From: Myxococcales bacterium
Lineage (GTDB): Bacteria; Myxococcota_A; Polyangia; Haliangiales; SHYZ01
NCBI GenBank assembly: GCA_009692535.1
Contig: SHYZ01000003.1
Span: 1,277 to 65,276 of the forward strand
DNA: 64,000 nt
Direction of reading: 5' to 3'
The position numbers and the translations under genes were made by a program. This document shows, piece by piece, positions 37,575-48,000 of the stretch (positions within the stretch are counted from its first letter, which is position 1; every line of letters starts with the position of its first letter). The notes under the pieces are model-generated. The model was not told where the DNA came from. It ran no database searches and was given only the letters and a program-made list of their open reading frames with translations.

Positions 37575-39860
37575 ATGCGCACCCTGCTCCCGCGACTCGC
37601 CACCCCGCTGCTCCTCACCCTCGCCTGCCTGTGGCCGACCGCCGCCCGCGCGCAGGTCAGCTTCGCGACGCGCACCGAGGAGGGCGCGACGGCGACGCTC
37701 CGACTCGCCGAGGAGACGCTGGTCGTGACGATCGATCAGCAGTTCGCCGCCAGCACGCTCACGCAGGCGTGGGTGAATGAGACGCCGGGGCGCCTCGAAG
37801 GGCGCTACGGCATCGCGCTCGGCGACGGCGTGCGCGTGCACGGCTTCGCCTACTGGAACGGCGAGAAGAAGATCATCGGCGAGGTGTTTGAGAAGGAGGT
37901 CGCGCGGCAGGTCTACGAAGAGGTGACCGGGCTCGGCCGCGACCCGGGGCTGCTCGAGCGCACCGCGGAGGGCGCGTTCGCGTTTCGCGTGTTCCCGATC
38001 GAGCCGGGCGAGCGCAAGCGGATCGAGGTGAGCTTCGGCCGGCGCCTGCCGCGCGCGGGCCGCACGGTGACCTACCGAGCGCCGCTTGGTACGCCGGCGG
38101 CGCGGATCCTCGTCGAGGTCGCCGACGACCGCGCACTGGGCGGCGTGCGCTCCTCCACGCATGAACTCACGGTCGCGACGCGCGGCGGCAAGCTCTTCGT
38201 CGAGGCGAAGGCGCGCACGGCCGACGCGAAGGAACTGGTGCTCGCGTACGACGTGCTCGCGGCCGACTTTACCGTCGCGGCGACGGCGCACCGCGTGCCC
38301 GGCCATGACGGCTGGGTCGCGATCGCGCTGGCGGCACCGGCAGACCTACCGGCCGCGGCGGTGCTGCCCAAGGACCTCACCGTCGTGATCGATCACTCGG
38401 GCAGCATGTCGGGCGAGCCGCTCGCGCAGGCACGGCTCGCGGCCGAGGCGGTGCTCGCTCGAGCGCGCGATGCCGACCGCGTGAACGTGGTGATCTTCGA
38501 CGACGGCGTCGAGTCGCTCTACCCGGTGCCGCGCGCGGTCACCGCCGAGGTGCGCGCCGAGGCGATCGCCTACGTTCGGCGCATCACCGAGGGCGGCGGC
38601 ACCGACATCGCCGGCGCTCTCGATCGCGCGCTCGCGTCGCAGCTGGTCGACGACCGGCCTGACGTGATCCTCTTCCTCACCGACGGGCAGTCCGACACGC
38701 AGGCCGCGCTCGCGGTGGCACGCAAGCAGGGGCAGGCCGCGCGCATCTTCACCGTCGGGATCGGGCCGGGCGTGGAGAAGCCGCTGCTCTCGCGCCTCGC
38801 GGCGATGGCGCGCGGTCGCTTCACGTACATCGAGAACCTAGGCACCATCGAAGAGCGGGTCGCGCGGCTCTACCAGCAGATCGAGTCGCCGGTGCTGATC
38901 GATGTGGCAGTCCACGCCGACGGCGCGCGGCTCGAGCGCGTCTACCCGCGCACGCTGCCCGATCTTGCACGCGGCGAGGAGGTCGTGATCTACGGCCGCC
39001 TCGTCGGCGACGGCGCCGGCAAGATCACGCTGACCGGGCGCGCCGGCGGACGCGAGGTCGCCTACGCGGCGTCGCTGGTGCCGACCGGCAAGCCGCGCCC
39101 GTGGGTCGGGCGGATGTGGGCCGAGTCGCGTGTGGACGATCTGCTCGAGGAGGTCGCGCTCGCGGGCGAGACCGAGGAGCTCAAGAACGAGACCATCGAG
39201 CTCGCCCTCGCCTACAACCTGGTGACGCCCTACACGTCGTTCCTCGCGATTCCCGCCGAGGAGCTGACCGACGGAGCGCGCGAAGTGCTGGCGTCGGCGC
39301 GCGACCGCAAGCGGCAGATCCGCGAGGCGCACAAGGACGCCATCGCCCTCTCACGCGACGAGATGCCCCCCGGCGACCCGGTGCTCGAGCTGCGCGCGCC
39401 GAAGAACGCGCGCCAGGTCACGGCGACCTTCCCGTTCGGGCTGGTCGAGGACCTGACCTGGGACGAGTCGCGAGAGCGGTGGCGCGTGCGCTTCCTCGTG
39501 CCGAAAGACGTGGTCGACGGGGTCTATGAGGCGAAGGTGCTCGTGGTGCATGCCGACGGCGAGGTCGAGCTCGCGACGGCGCGCTACACGATCGACAGCA
39601 TGGCGCCCGACCTCGAGGCGCTGGCGACGACGGTGGCGGGTGGCGTGACGATCCGTGTGACGGCGAGGGACGGGCTCGTGCTCGGCAGCGTGGTGGCCGC
39701 GGTGGTCGGGATGCCGTCGCTGCGGATCGACCTCGTGCGCCAGGACGACGGCTCGTGGATCGGCGTGCTGCTGCTGCCGGTCGGCCGGCATGAGGTCCGC
39801 ATTGTCGGCGCCGACGGCGCGCGCAACGAGGGCGAGCTCATGCTCGCCGTGGAGCGATAA
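37575..39860 (+). CDS. VIT plus von Willebrand factor type A domain protein
   Basis: ATG at 37575 with a GGAGGA RBS, followed by a signal peptide. VIT-like N-terminus (...LEGRYGIALGDGVRVHGFAYWNGEKKIIGEV...). VWA MIDAS motif DHSGSMSG...TDG. Confidence 0.8.
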   Translation: MRTLLPRLATPLLLTLACLWPTAARAQVSFATRTEEGATATLRLAEETLVVTIDQQFAASTLTQAWVNETPGRLEGRYGIALGDGVRVHGFAYWNGEKKIIGEVFEKEVARQVYEEVTGLGRDPGLLERTAEGAFAFRVFPIEPGERKRIEVSFGRRLPRAGRTVTYRAPLGTPAARILVEVADDRALGGVRSSTHELTVATRGGKLFVEAKARTADAKELVLAYDVLAADFTVAATAHRVPGHDGWVAIALAAPADLPAAAVLPKDLTVVIDHSGSMSGEPLAQARLAAEAVLARARDADRVNVVIFDDGVESLYPVPRAVTAEVRAEAIAYVRRITEGGGTDIAGALDRALASQLVDDRPDVILFLTDGQSDTQAALAVARKQGQAARIFTVGIGPGVEKPLLSRLAAMARGRFTYIENLGTIEERVARLYQQIESPVLIDVAVHADGARLERVYPRTLPDLARGEEVVIYGRLVGDGAGKITLTGRAGGREVAYAASLVPTGKPRPWVGRMWAESRVDDLLEEVALAGETEELKNETIELALAYNLVTPYTSFLAIPAEELTDGAREVLASARDRKRQIREAHKDAIALSRDEMPPGDPVLELRAPKNARQVTATFPFGLVEDLTWDESRERWRVRFLVPKDVVDGVYEAKVLVVHADGEVELATARYTIDSMAPDLEALATTVAGGVTIRVTARDGLVLGSVVAAVVGMPSLRIDLVRQDDGSWIGVLLLPVGRHEVRIVGADGARNEGELMLAVER

Positions 39861-39862
39861 CG

Positions 39863-41245
39863 ATGCGCGCCGCTCTCGCGCTGCTCGCCTTCGCGTCGCT
39901 CGCCGCGGCTCACCCCGCGGCTCACCCCGCGGCTCACCCCGCGGCTCACCCCGCGGCTCACCCCGCGGCTCACCCCGCGGCTCACCCAGCGGCTCACCCC
40001 GCGGCTCACACTGCACCGCCCGCCCGCGAGCTTCACACCCGCACCACCGACGTCGAGGCGCTCGCGTGGCACGACGGCACGCTCTACGTAGCGACCCGCG
40101 GCGGCCTCGAGGCGTACGCGGCCGGCGACCGTTCGCAGCGGCGGCTCTTCACCACCGAGGACGGGCTCGCCGCGAATGCGGTGCGCGCGCTCTCGGTCGA
40201 GGACGGCCAGCTCGTCGCCCGCACCGACCGCGCCCGCTGCGTCCCCGACGGTGCGCGGTTCGTCTGCGAGCCGGCAGCCAAGTGGCCGACGCCGGTGCCG
40301 GCGATCTCGGAGTTCGCTCACGGCGCACGCGTGACGGCGCGGCTCGACGTCCCCGGGCTCGGCGGCGCGCGCTTCGTCGGCACCGCCGGCGCGGGCGTGT
40401 TCCTCGACGGCCCCTCGCCCACGCGGCTCACGCCCGACGGGCAGATCTGCTCGAACCACATCATGGCGGTCGAGGCGTGGCGCGGTCGCGTCTACTTCGC
40501 CTCGTTCGCCGAGGGGCTCTGCGTGCGCGACGGCGCGACGTTCGTAACGCTCGCGACGCCGTTCGGCATGGTGAACGACCTCGCCGCGACGCCGGCCGGG
40601 CTCTACGTCGCCGCGACCGAGGGGCTGTTCGTCACGACCGACGGCGTGTCGTTCGCACCCGTGTCGGCCGTGAGCTCGCGCGGCGTGAACGACCTCGCCT
40701 TCGACGGCAAGAACCTCTACGCCACCACGCCCGGCGCGCTCTTTCGCATCAAGCTCCCGGGCGTGAGCGGCAAGCGCGACCGCGCGTATTGGCGCCCCGG
40801 TGGCACGCGCGCCCTCCAGGCGGTCGATGTGCGCGGCGGCAAGGTCTGGCTGGCGTCGGAGGATCGCGGCGCACTCCGCCTCGAGCGCGGCGGCTGGACG
40901 ATCTTCGACCGCGCCGCCGGACTGCCCACGAGCTGGGCGCTCGACGTGACTGTGCTGCCCGACGGCGGCGCGCTGGTGGCGACGCTGCGCGATGGTGTGA
41001 TCCGAATCGCCGCCGACGGCACCACGGCAAGCGTCGCCGCGCCCGACCCGTGGACGCTGCATGTCAGCGCCGACGGCAACGGTGCCTTTATCGGCGCACA
41101 GGGCGGCGCCGCGCGGCTCGGTGACGACCTCGCCCCCGACGCGTTCGCGGCGCTGCCTGATCCGAACGTGCACGCCGTGCGCCGTGCAGCCGGGCGCATC
41201 TGGCTCGCCACCGAGGGCGGACTGCTCGCGCTGCCGGCGCGTTGA
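39863..41245 (+). CDS. secreted beta-propeller (two-component-regulator-propeller-like) protein with (AAHP)n repeat
   Basis: Starts 2 nt after the VIT-VWA stop. Signal peptide, then AAHP x8 plus AAHT, then repeated motifs LYVATRGGL, LYVAATEGLF, LYATTPGALF, VWLASEDRGA, IWLATEGGL. Confidence 0.6.
   Translation: MRAALALLAFASLAAAHPAAHPAAHPAAHPAAHPAAHPAAHPAAHPAAHTAPPARELHTRTTDVEALAWHDGTLYVATRGGLEAYAAGDRSQRRLFTTEDGLAANAVRALSVEDGQLVARTDRARCVPDGARFVCEPAAKWPTPVPAISEFAHGARVTARLDVPGLGGARFVGTAGAGVFLDGPSPTRLTPDGQICSNHIMAVEAWRGRVYFASFAEGLCVRDGATFVTLATPFGMVNDLAATPAGLYVAATEGLFVTTDGVSFAPVSAVSSRGVNDLAFDGKNLYATTPGALFRIKLPGVSGKRDRAYWRPGGTRALQAVDVRGGKVWLASEDRGALRLERGGWTIFDRAAGLPTSWALDVTVLPDGGALVATLRDGVIRIAADGTTASVAAPDPWTLHVSADGNGAFIGAQGGAARLGDDLAPDAFAALPDPNVHAVRRAAGRIWLATEGGLLALPAR
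39905..40012 (+). repeat. 12-bp tandem repeat GCGGCTCACCCC x9 (encodes AAHP)
   Basis: Seven copies are identical; copy 7 and copy 9 are variants (...CCA, ...ACT). In frame within the propeller gene. Confidence 0.95.
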
Positions 41246-41271
41246 CGGCCGCGTGCTAGCGTCCGCGCCCC

Positions 41272-43008
41272 ATGCTCGGCAAACGTGCGCGCCTCGCCTT
41301 CGCCTTCGCCTTCACCTTGCTCGCGTTCGCCGCCTGTGGCGCGCCGCCCGCGCCACAACTCCCCGCTCCTCCCGGCGACCCAATCGTGCTGCTCCACGGC
41401 GGGCGCATCTTCACCGGCGACGCCGCACGCCCGCGGGCCGAGGCGCTCGCTTTCGCCGGTGACGAGATTCTCGCCGTCGGCAGCGACGACGAGGTGCGGC
41501 GCGCACTCGGCGCCCGCGCAGCAGCAGCGCGCAGCATCGACCTTGCCGGACGCTGGGTGCTCCCCGGCTTCATCGACGCGCACGCGCACATCCTGGGCGG
41601 CGGCTTCGCGCTCGCCGGGCTCGACCTATCCGGACTCGAGACGCGCGCGGCGATCCTCGCCGCCGTCGTCGACTGGGCAGCACGGCACCCGGAGCGCGCG
41701 GCGATCACCGGGCGCGGCTGGAGCTACCAAGCGTTCGCGCCGGGGCTGCCGACCCGCGAAGAGCTCGATCGCGCCGTCCCGGATCGCCCGGTCTGGTTGC
41801 GCAGCTACGACGGCCACACCGGCTGGGCCAATGGGCGCGCGCTCGCCCTCGCCGGACTCGGCGACCGTGCGGCACCTGACGAGCCGCCCGGCGTGGTGCG
41901 CGATCCGAAGACCGGCCGACCGACCGGCGCGCTGCTCGAGGACGCGATGGGCCTCGTCGGCGCGGCGTTCCCACCGCCGAGCCTCGCCGAGCGCGAGGCA
42001 GCGCTCGTGCGTGCGTTCGCCCACGCAGCATCGCTCGGCGTGACCACGCTCTGCGAGGTCGGCGATGACCTTGGCGAGCTCGAGGTCTACGAGGCGCTCG
42101 ACGCACGCGGCGCGCACACGCTGCGGGTCGTGTATGGCCCGTCGATCGATGACGGCATCGCCGCGTACGCGCCGCACCACGCGCGCCTCGCCGCCCAACC
42201 GCGCCGGCGCGCGCGGCTGCTGCCCGGTCCGCTCAAGGGCTTCGTCGACGGGGTGATCGAGTCGAACACCGCCTTCCTGCTCGCGCCCTACGCCGACGGC
42301 AGCGGCGCCTCGCCCGCGCCGCACCTCGACTCCGCGCTGCTGCTCGCACAGCTCACCGAGGCCGACGCACTCGGTCTCGACGTCGCCTACCACGCGATCG
42401 GCGACGCCGCGGTGCGGTCGGTGCTCGATGCCGTCGCGGCCGCGCGCGCACAGGGCCTGCTGGTCGATCGCCGGCCGCGCATCGAGCACATCGAAGTGGT
42501 CGACGCGGCCGACCTGGCGCGCTTCGCTGCGCTCGGCGTCGCTGCGGTGATGATGCCGCGCCACGCCGAGCCGGGCGATGAGCCGGACGGCGGCGTCTGG
42601 TCGAACAAGGTCGGCCCGGCGCGTCTGCCGCTCACGTTCGCGTTCCGCTCGCTGCTCGACGCCGGCGCGCCGCTCGCGTTCTCGAGCGACTGGCCGGTCG
42701 TCGGCCTCGCCGCGCTGCCCGGCCTCGCGGTCGCCGCGACGCGGCAGGGCGCCGACGGCAAGCCGGCCGCCGGCTGGGTCCCCGGGCAGCGGATCTCCAT
42801 CGACGAAGCGATCACCGCCTACACCGCCGGCGCGGCGTGGGCGCTCCGGCTCGACGGCGTGACCGGCGTGCTCGGCCCCGGACTCGCAGCCGATCTCGTC
42901 GTGCTCGACGCGAGCGCCAAGCTCGAGCAGCCGGCGACGCTTCACACCGCCGACGTCGACCTCACGATCGCCGCCGGGCGCGTCGTGTACGAGCGCAGCG
43001 CGCCATAA
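41272..43008 (+). CDS. amidohydrolase-family (YtcJ-like) metal-dependent hydrolase lipoprotein
   Basis: Lipobox LLAFAACG. GFIDAHAHILGGG metal-binding HxH motif, plus a late HAIGD and a C-terminal SDWPV motif. Confidence 0.8.
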   Translation: MLGKRARLAFAFAFTLLAFAACGAPPAPQLPAPPGDPIVLLHGGRIFTGDAARPRAEALAFAGDEILAVGSDDEVRRALGARAAAARSIDLAGRWVLPGFIDAHAHILGGGFALAGLDLSGLETRAAILAAVVDWAARHPERAAITGRGWSYQAFAPGLPTREELDRAVPDRPVWLRSYDGHTGWANGRALALAGLGDRAAPDEPPGVVRDPKTGRPTGALLEDAMGLVGAAFPPPSLAEREAALVRAFAHAASLGVTTLCEVGDDLGELEVYEALDARGAHTLRVVYGPSIDDGIAAYAPHHARLAAQPRRRARLLPGPLKGFVDGVIESNTAFLLAPYADGSGASPAPHLDSALLLAQLTEADALGLDVAYHAIGDAAVRSVLDAVAAARAQGLLVDRRPRIEHIEVVDAADLARFAALGVAAVMMPRHAEPGDEPDGGVWSNKVGPARLPLTFAFRSLLDAGAPLAFSSDWPVVGLAALPGLAVAATRQGADGKPAAGWVPGQRISIDEAITAYTAGAAWALRLDGVTGVLGPGLAADLVVLDASAKLEQPATLHTADVDLTIAAGRVVYERSAP

Positions 43009-43017
43009 CAAGCAGGA

Positions 43018-43033
43018 CCGCGAACGGTCGCGG
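43018..43033. terminator. short hairpin between convergent genes (weak terminator candidate)
   Basis: CCGCGA-ACGG-TCGCGG lies between the stops at 43008 (+) and 43035 (-). No clear U-tract. Confidence 0.25.
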
Positions 43034-43034
43034 C

Positions 43035-45062
43035 TCAGGCGAGCCGAGCGGTCAGCCGCGCGACGATGCCGGAGTGACGCACGAGGCGGCGACCGACGCC
43101 GGCCAGCAGCAGCGCCTCGTCGCCGGCGATCACCACCGAGCGGCGCGCACGCGTCACGGCGGTGTAGAGGATTTCCCGCGCGAGCAGCGGACCGTCCTTG
43201 GGCGGGAGCACGAGCAGCGCGGCGTCGAGCTCGGAGCCCTGCGCCTTGTGCACCGTCATCGCCCACGCGGCCTCGAGCGAGGCCGCCAGCGCGCCGAGCG
43301 GAAACGCGACGAAGCCGCCGCCGCGCCGGAACAGCGCGCGCGGCTCGCACGACGCAGCATCCTCGCCGGCCGAGAGGATCACGCCGAGGTCGCCGTTCCA
43401 AAGCCCACGACCGTAGTCGTTCTTCTGCATCAGCACCGGCGTGCCGGGACGGCGAGCCCGCTCTCGGGCGCGCACGCTCGGGTGACAGAGCTCGCCAAGC
43501 TCCTCATTCCACTCCGCGGCCGCGCCGCCGCCGCGCGCATCACGCAGCAGGCAGAGCACGCGCGACGACTCGAGATGGGCGAACAGTGCCGCGACGTCGG
43601 CCTCGTGCTCGGCGGCGAGCTGCCCCGCGCAGAGCCGGTACGGTGCGCGGACGCGACGCTGGTGGTCGTCGTCACCTTTGAGGCGCGCCGCAACCCACCG
43701 CGCAGCGAGCGCGGTCCGCTCCGCCGCACCGCCGAGCGGGAGAAACTCGACACCCTCGAACGCAAGCTCCGCCGCGCCGGCACGGCGCGTGATTTGTTCG
43801 GCGCCGGTGAAGAGCTCGCCAACGCGCCCCTCGTTCATCGCCTGCGCCACCATCAGGATGTTCCGACCGGCGGGGCGCGCAGGGTTCATGCGGTGGCTCT
43901 CGGTGAGCCGCACCGTGAAGCGCGCGCGCAGATCCGTGGGCGACGGGCCCGGCACGAGATCGCGGAACACCGCGCCCGCGTCGACCGACGGCAGTTGGTC
44001 CGCGTCGCCGAGCAGCACGAGGCTCGCGTCGGGGCGCAACGCGCTCACCAACCGGTCCATCAGCGCGAGGTCGATCATCGACGCCTCATCGACAAGCACG
44101 ACCCGGTGCTCGAGCGGGTTCCGCGCGTGGTGGTTGAAGTGGTCCGAGCGCGGCGAGTAGCCGAGCAGGCGATGGAGCGTCTTCGCCTCGGGGCAGGCGC
44201 GCGCAAGCTCGGCATCAACGGGAGCCGGGCTCACAAGCGCGGCCAGCCCGGCACGGACCGCCTCCGACATGCGGTGCGCCGCCTTGCCGGTCGGTGCCGC
44301 GAGCGCACAGTCGGCGGGGGCGACGCCGAGCCGCACGAGCGCGCGCAGGATCGCGGTGATGATCGACGTCTTGCCGGTGCCCGGTCCACCGGTGATCAAG
44401 GTGAATCGCGCCAGCAGCGCGGCGCGGACCGCGTCGGCCTGCGCCGGGCGGAGTGCGTGGGCGCCGCCGGCCCGCACGTCGTCCACGGCGGCGTCGACCT
44501 CGGCGCGTGTAGCTGCCACCGGTCCGCCGGTCGCGGCGGCGAGTCCCGCGAGCCGGGCGACAAACCGCTCCTCGAGCACGCGCTGCCGCTGGATGTAAAC
44601 GCCATCACCGTCGCCATCCCGATCGACCACGAGCGGACGCGCGTCGCCCGACGAGCCAAGCACCTCGGCAGCGCCGCCCGGCGCACGAACCAGCGCGAAC
44701 ACGCGACGAGAGAGTTCCTCGTCCACAGCGAATTCTCCGAGCAGCGCGCGCAGGGTCGGCCCGTCCCCTTCGAGCGGCATGCGGGTCGAACCGCGCCGCC
44801 GGTTCACGACCGCGGCGAGCGCGAGGTGAAAGAGCGCGCGACGGTCCTCCTGCGCGAGCGTCGCGGGCGAGCGCGCGAGCTCCCACGCCGCCTGCAACTG
44901 CGCCTCGTCGACGTCTGGACAGTCGAGCGTCGACGGCGCACAGAGCTCACGCCAGCCGGGCAACTCGCCGTCGCCGTGCGAGGCACTGGCGCGCACCGTG
45001 CCGCCATGCGCGAGCGCCATGCGCGCCGCGCCGCGCGGATCGAGCGGCACGCGCGCCCTCAC
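43035..45062 (-). CDS. recD: exodeoxyribonuclease V subunit alpha
   Basis: Walker A ITGGPGTGKTS, VLVDEASMID, GDADQLPSV, and C-terminal AMTVHKAQGSE. The GTG start overlaps the recB stop (GTGA). Confidence 0.8.
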   Translation of the reverse strand: MRARVPLDPRGAARMALAHGGTVRASASHGDGELPGWRELCAPSTLDCPDVDEAQLQAAWELARSPATLAQEDRRALFHLALAAVVNRRRGSTRMPLEGDGPTLRALLGEFAVDEELSRRVFALVRAPGGAAEVLGSSGDARPLVVDRDGDGDGVYIQRQRVLEERFVARLAGLAAATGGPVAATRAEVDAAVDDVRAGGAHALRPAQADAVRAALLARFTLITGGPGTGKTSIITAILRALVRLGVAPADCALAAPTGKAAHRMSEAVRAGLAALVSPAPVDAELARACPEAKTLHRLLGYSPRSDHFNHHARNPLEHRVVLVDEASMIDLALMDRLVSALRPDASLVLLGDADQLPSVDAGAVFRDLVPGPSPTDLRARFTVRLTESHRMNPARPAGRNILMVAQAMNEGRVGELFTGAEQITRRAGAAELAFEGVEFLPLGGAAERTALAARWVAARLKGDDDHQRRVRAPYRLCAGQLAAEHEADVAALFAHLESSRVLCLLRDARGGGAAAEWNEELGELCHPSVRARERARRPGTPVLMQKNDYGRGLWNGDLGVILSAGEDAASCEPRALFRRGGGFVAFPLGALAASLEAAWAMTVHKAQGSELDAALLVLPPKDGPLLAREILYTAVTRARRSVVIAGDEALLLAGVGRRLVRHSGIVARLTARLA

Positions 45063-48000
45063 GCGGCACCGCCGTAGTCGAGCCCGACGAGTTCCTGCTC
45101 CCAGTCGCGGACCTCGTCCCACGACGGGCGCGCAAAGTGAAGCCCGCGTTCGCCCGACAGCCCGCGAAGGTAGAGGAACAGCGTGCCGCCGAACCGGTCG
45201 GCGTAGTCGCGCGCGCCGCCGACCCGCAGCAGCCGCACCAGCGCGACCGTGTAGATCCTCGCCTGCAGCCCGTAGACGCGCTCGGAGTACGCGCGCACTT
45301 TGTCGGGCTCGTACGAATCGAGGCTGTTGGTCTTCCAGTCGCCGACGTAGGCGCGCCCCTCGTGCTCGAACATCACGTCGATGAAGCCGCGCAGGAACCC
45401 GCGCTCGAGCTCGAGTCGCACGCCCGGCACCTTCGCGTCACCGAGCCGCGGGTGGCTGCGCTCGGGGATCGGATAGAGGAACTCGAGCTCGCGGTGCAGG
45501 CGCCGCGCCCAGCCGATGCCGTGGATCTCGCGGCCCGCACCGAGCGGCACACGCGCCGCGAGCGCGGCATGCACCAGTCGCGCAGCGTCGGGCAGGTACC
45601 GCTCGGCGATGCCATGCCGACGCGCCTCGTCGACAAGAATCCGCGCGGCGTCGGGGCGCGCACGAAATGCGGCGAGATCACGGTCGAGCGCGGCGACCGG
45701 CATCCGCTCGATCACCGCATGCACAAACGTGCCGGGCACGCGCCCCTTGGGCAGCTCGTCGGGCCCCGGCTCAGGAGCCGCGCGCTCGTCGCCGACCTCG
45801 CCAAGCTCCTCTCCCGCCTCGGGATGGAGCGCGACCACGGCCCGCCGCCCGAGCCGCGAGAACGAGGTGACCAGCTCGCCGCCGCGCTCGCGACCGAGGC
45901 GGAGCAGCAGCGGATCGGCCTGCGCGTCGACGAGCAGCGACGCCGGCAGGGTCACCACGGGAACCGGAGGCGTGCCCGCGCTCGTGACGCTCGCGTCGAC
46001 CGCGGCGCGCACTTCAAAGTTTGGCAGCGCCGCTGGGTTCTCTCCGTCGAGCAGCGCCTGCAGCCGCTGGTTCACCGCACGATACGGGCCGGTGAACTTG
46101 CCCGGGAGCTTCCCCTTCTCGTCGGGCAGCACCAGCGGCAGGTAGAGCAGCACCTTCGCGCGCGTCAGCGCGACATAGAGCAGCCGCCGCCCCTCGGCCT
46201 CGGCCTCGGCCTCGACGCTCGCGCTCACGTCGTCGGGCATCGCGCCCCCAATCCATGCGCGCCGCCGCGACCCCGCGTGGTGGAGGTACGGCCCGCCCCG
46301 GTCCACGCCCGTCAGCCCGCCGACGACGAACACGACCGCCGCCTCGAGCCCCTTCGCCGCGTGCATCGTCATGAGCTGCACACAGTCGCGATCGGTCTCC
46401 AGCCGATGGAGCTGCGCATTGCCCTCGTCCCCCTCGCCCGCCTGGCGCGCATTGGCGAGCGCCCGCACGAGGCCGCGCGGATCGGTCGGGGCCCGCGCCG
46501 CCTGCTCGCCGAGCCACTCAAAGAGGTGGAGCACGTTGGTGAGCTCACGCTCCTGCCCGAGCAGGATCGCGCGCCGCGCAAAGCCGCTCTCCTCGAGGAT
46601 GCTGGAAAAGAGCCGCGGGTAGCGCTGGTGTGCCGCCTCCTCGTGCCAGGCGTGCAGGCGCTGAATCAGCGGGTGGTCCGGCTCGAGGTCGCGCGCGTAG
46701 AGCGCCTCCTCGAGTGAGAACGCGAAGAAATCGGTGAGCAGCGCCCGAATCCGCTGTGCAGGATCGCCGGGGTCGGCGATCGCGCCGAGCAGCTCCGCGA
46801 CGGCGTACGCCGCTTCACTCTCGAACAGCCCGCCGAGCTTGTAGAACGCGCAGGGCACCGCGGCCGCGCGCAGCGCACTGGCGACCACCGTGAGCTCGCC
46901 GCGGGTGCGGCCGATGACGTAGACGTCCTTGTGCGTGAGCGGTCGCGTCGTGCCGCGCTCGGTGAAGAGGTACGGCGCGGCGTGCGCAGTGAGTGCGCGG
47001 ATTTCCTGGGCGATGCACCGACCGAGCCCGCCCACCGCGATCACCTTTCCGACACTCCCCGACGCCAACGGCAGCACCTGCACCGGCCGAGGCTCGACAC
47101 CGTCGGGACCGACGAGCTGCGGCGGCGTGGAGCACGCACGCACCGGCCGGTCGTAGCGGATCTGCGAGCCGGCAAAATAATCCGCGCGGTCGTGAAAAAT
47201 CTCGTTCAGCGCCGAGAGCAGCGGCGCGCTCGAGCGGAAGTTCTCCTCCAGCGTCTCGCGCACGCCGATGCGCTCGAGCAGGTGGCGCGCGTCGAGGTAG
47301 GTAGCCACGTCGGCGCCGCGGAACGAGTAGATCGCCTGCTTCGGATCGCCGATGACGTAGAGCCCGCCCGGCGCCGTGGGATCGGCGAACAGGCGGCGGA
47401 AGCTCTGCCACTGCAGCTCGTCGGTGTCCTGAAACTCGTCCACCAGCGCGAACCGGTAGCGCGCCTGCAGCGATGCGCAGAGCGTCGGGCCACGATCGGG
47501 GTCGGCGAGCGCGCGGTCGAACTCGGTGATCATGGCGTCGAAGTCGAGCAGCCCCTCGGCGCGCTTGTGGGCATCGAGGCGCGTGCGACACAGGGGCGTG
47601 AAGCGCTGCACAATCCGCGGCGCGAGCAGGACGGCGGTGACCCGCAACTCCTCGAGCGCAAGCTTCAGCCTGGCGAAGCTCGGGTCGGCAGGCAGGACGA
47701 CCGCGTCGAGCACGGCGCAGAGCTGCGCGAGGTGCGAGGGATACTCGACCTTCAGGTAGTTGCGTGAGCTGCGCCGCCCGACGAATTCGGCGACGGCGAT
47801 CCGGTCGGTGAGCGTGGCGGCCGGACGTGTCGCGCCCGCGAGCCGCTCCGCAAGCTCGTCGAGCCAGGTCGTGAGGCCATCGACGGTGGTCTTGAGCACC
47901 TTCGCCGCCGCCAGCGCTGCCGCGAGCAGACCGCGCCGCGCAGGGGTGACTTCAGGCGCGGCTGCCGCGTGCGCGAGCTGCTCGCGAACATCGTCGACCA

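Noticed and set aside
39905-40012. Possible CRISPR array (also considered for 11425..11540 and 54040..54200)
   Set aside because: The repeats are contiguous with no spacers, the units are only 9-35 bp, and they lie within or across coding sequences. There are no cas genes in the window.
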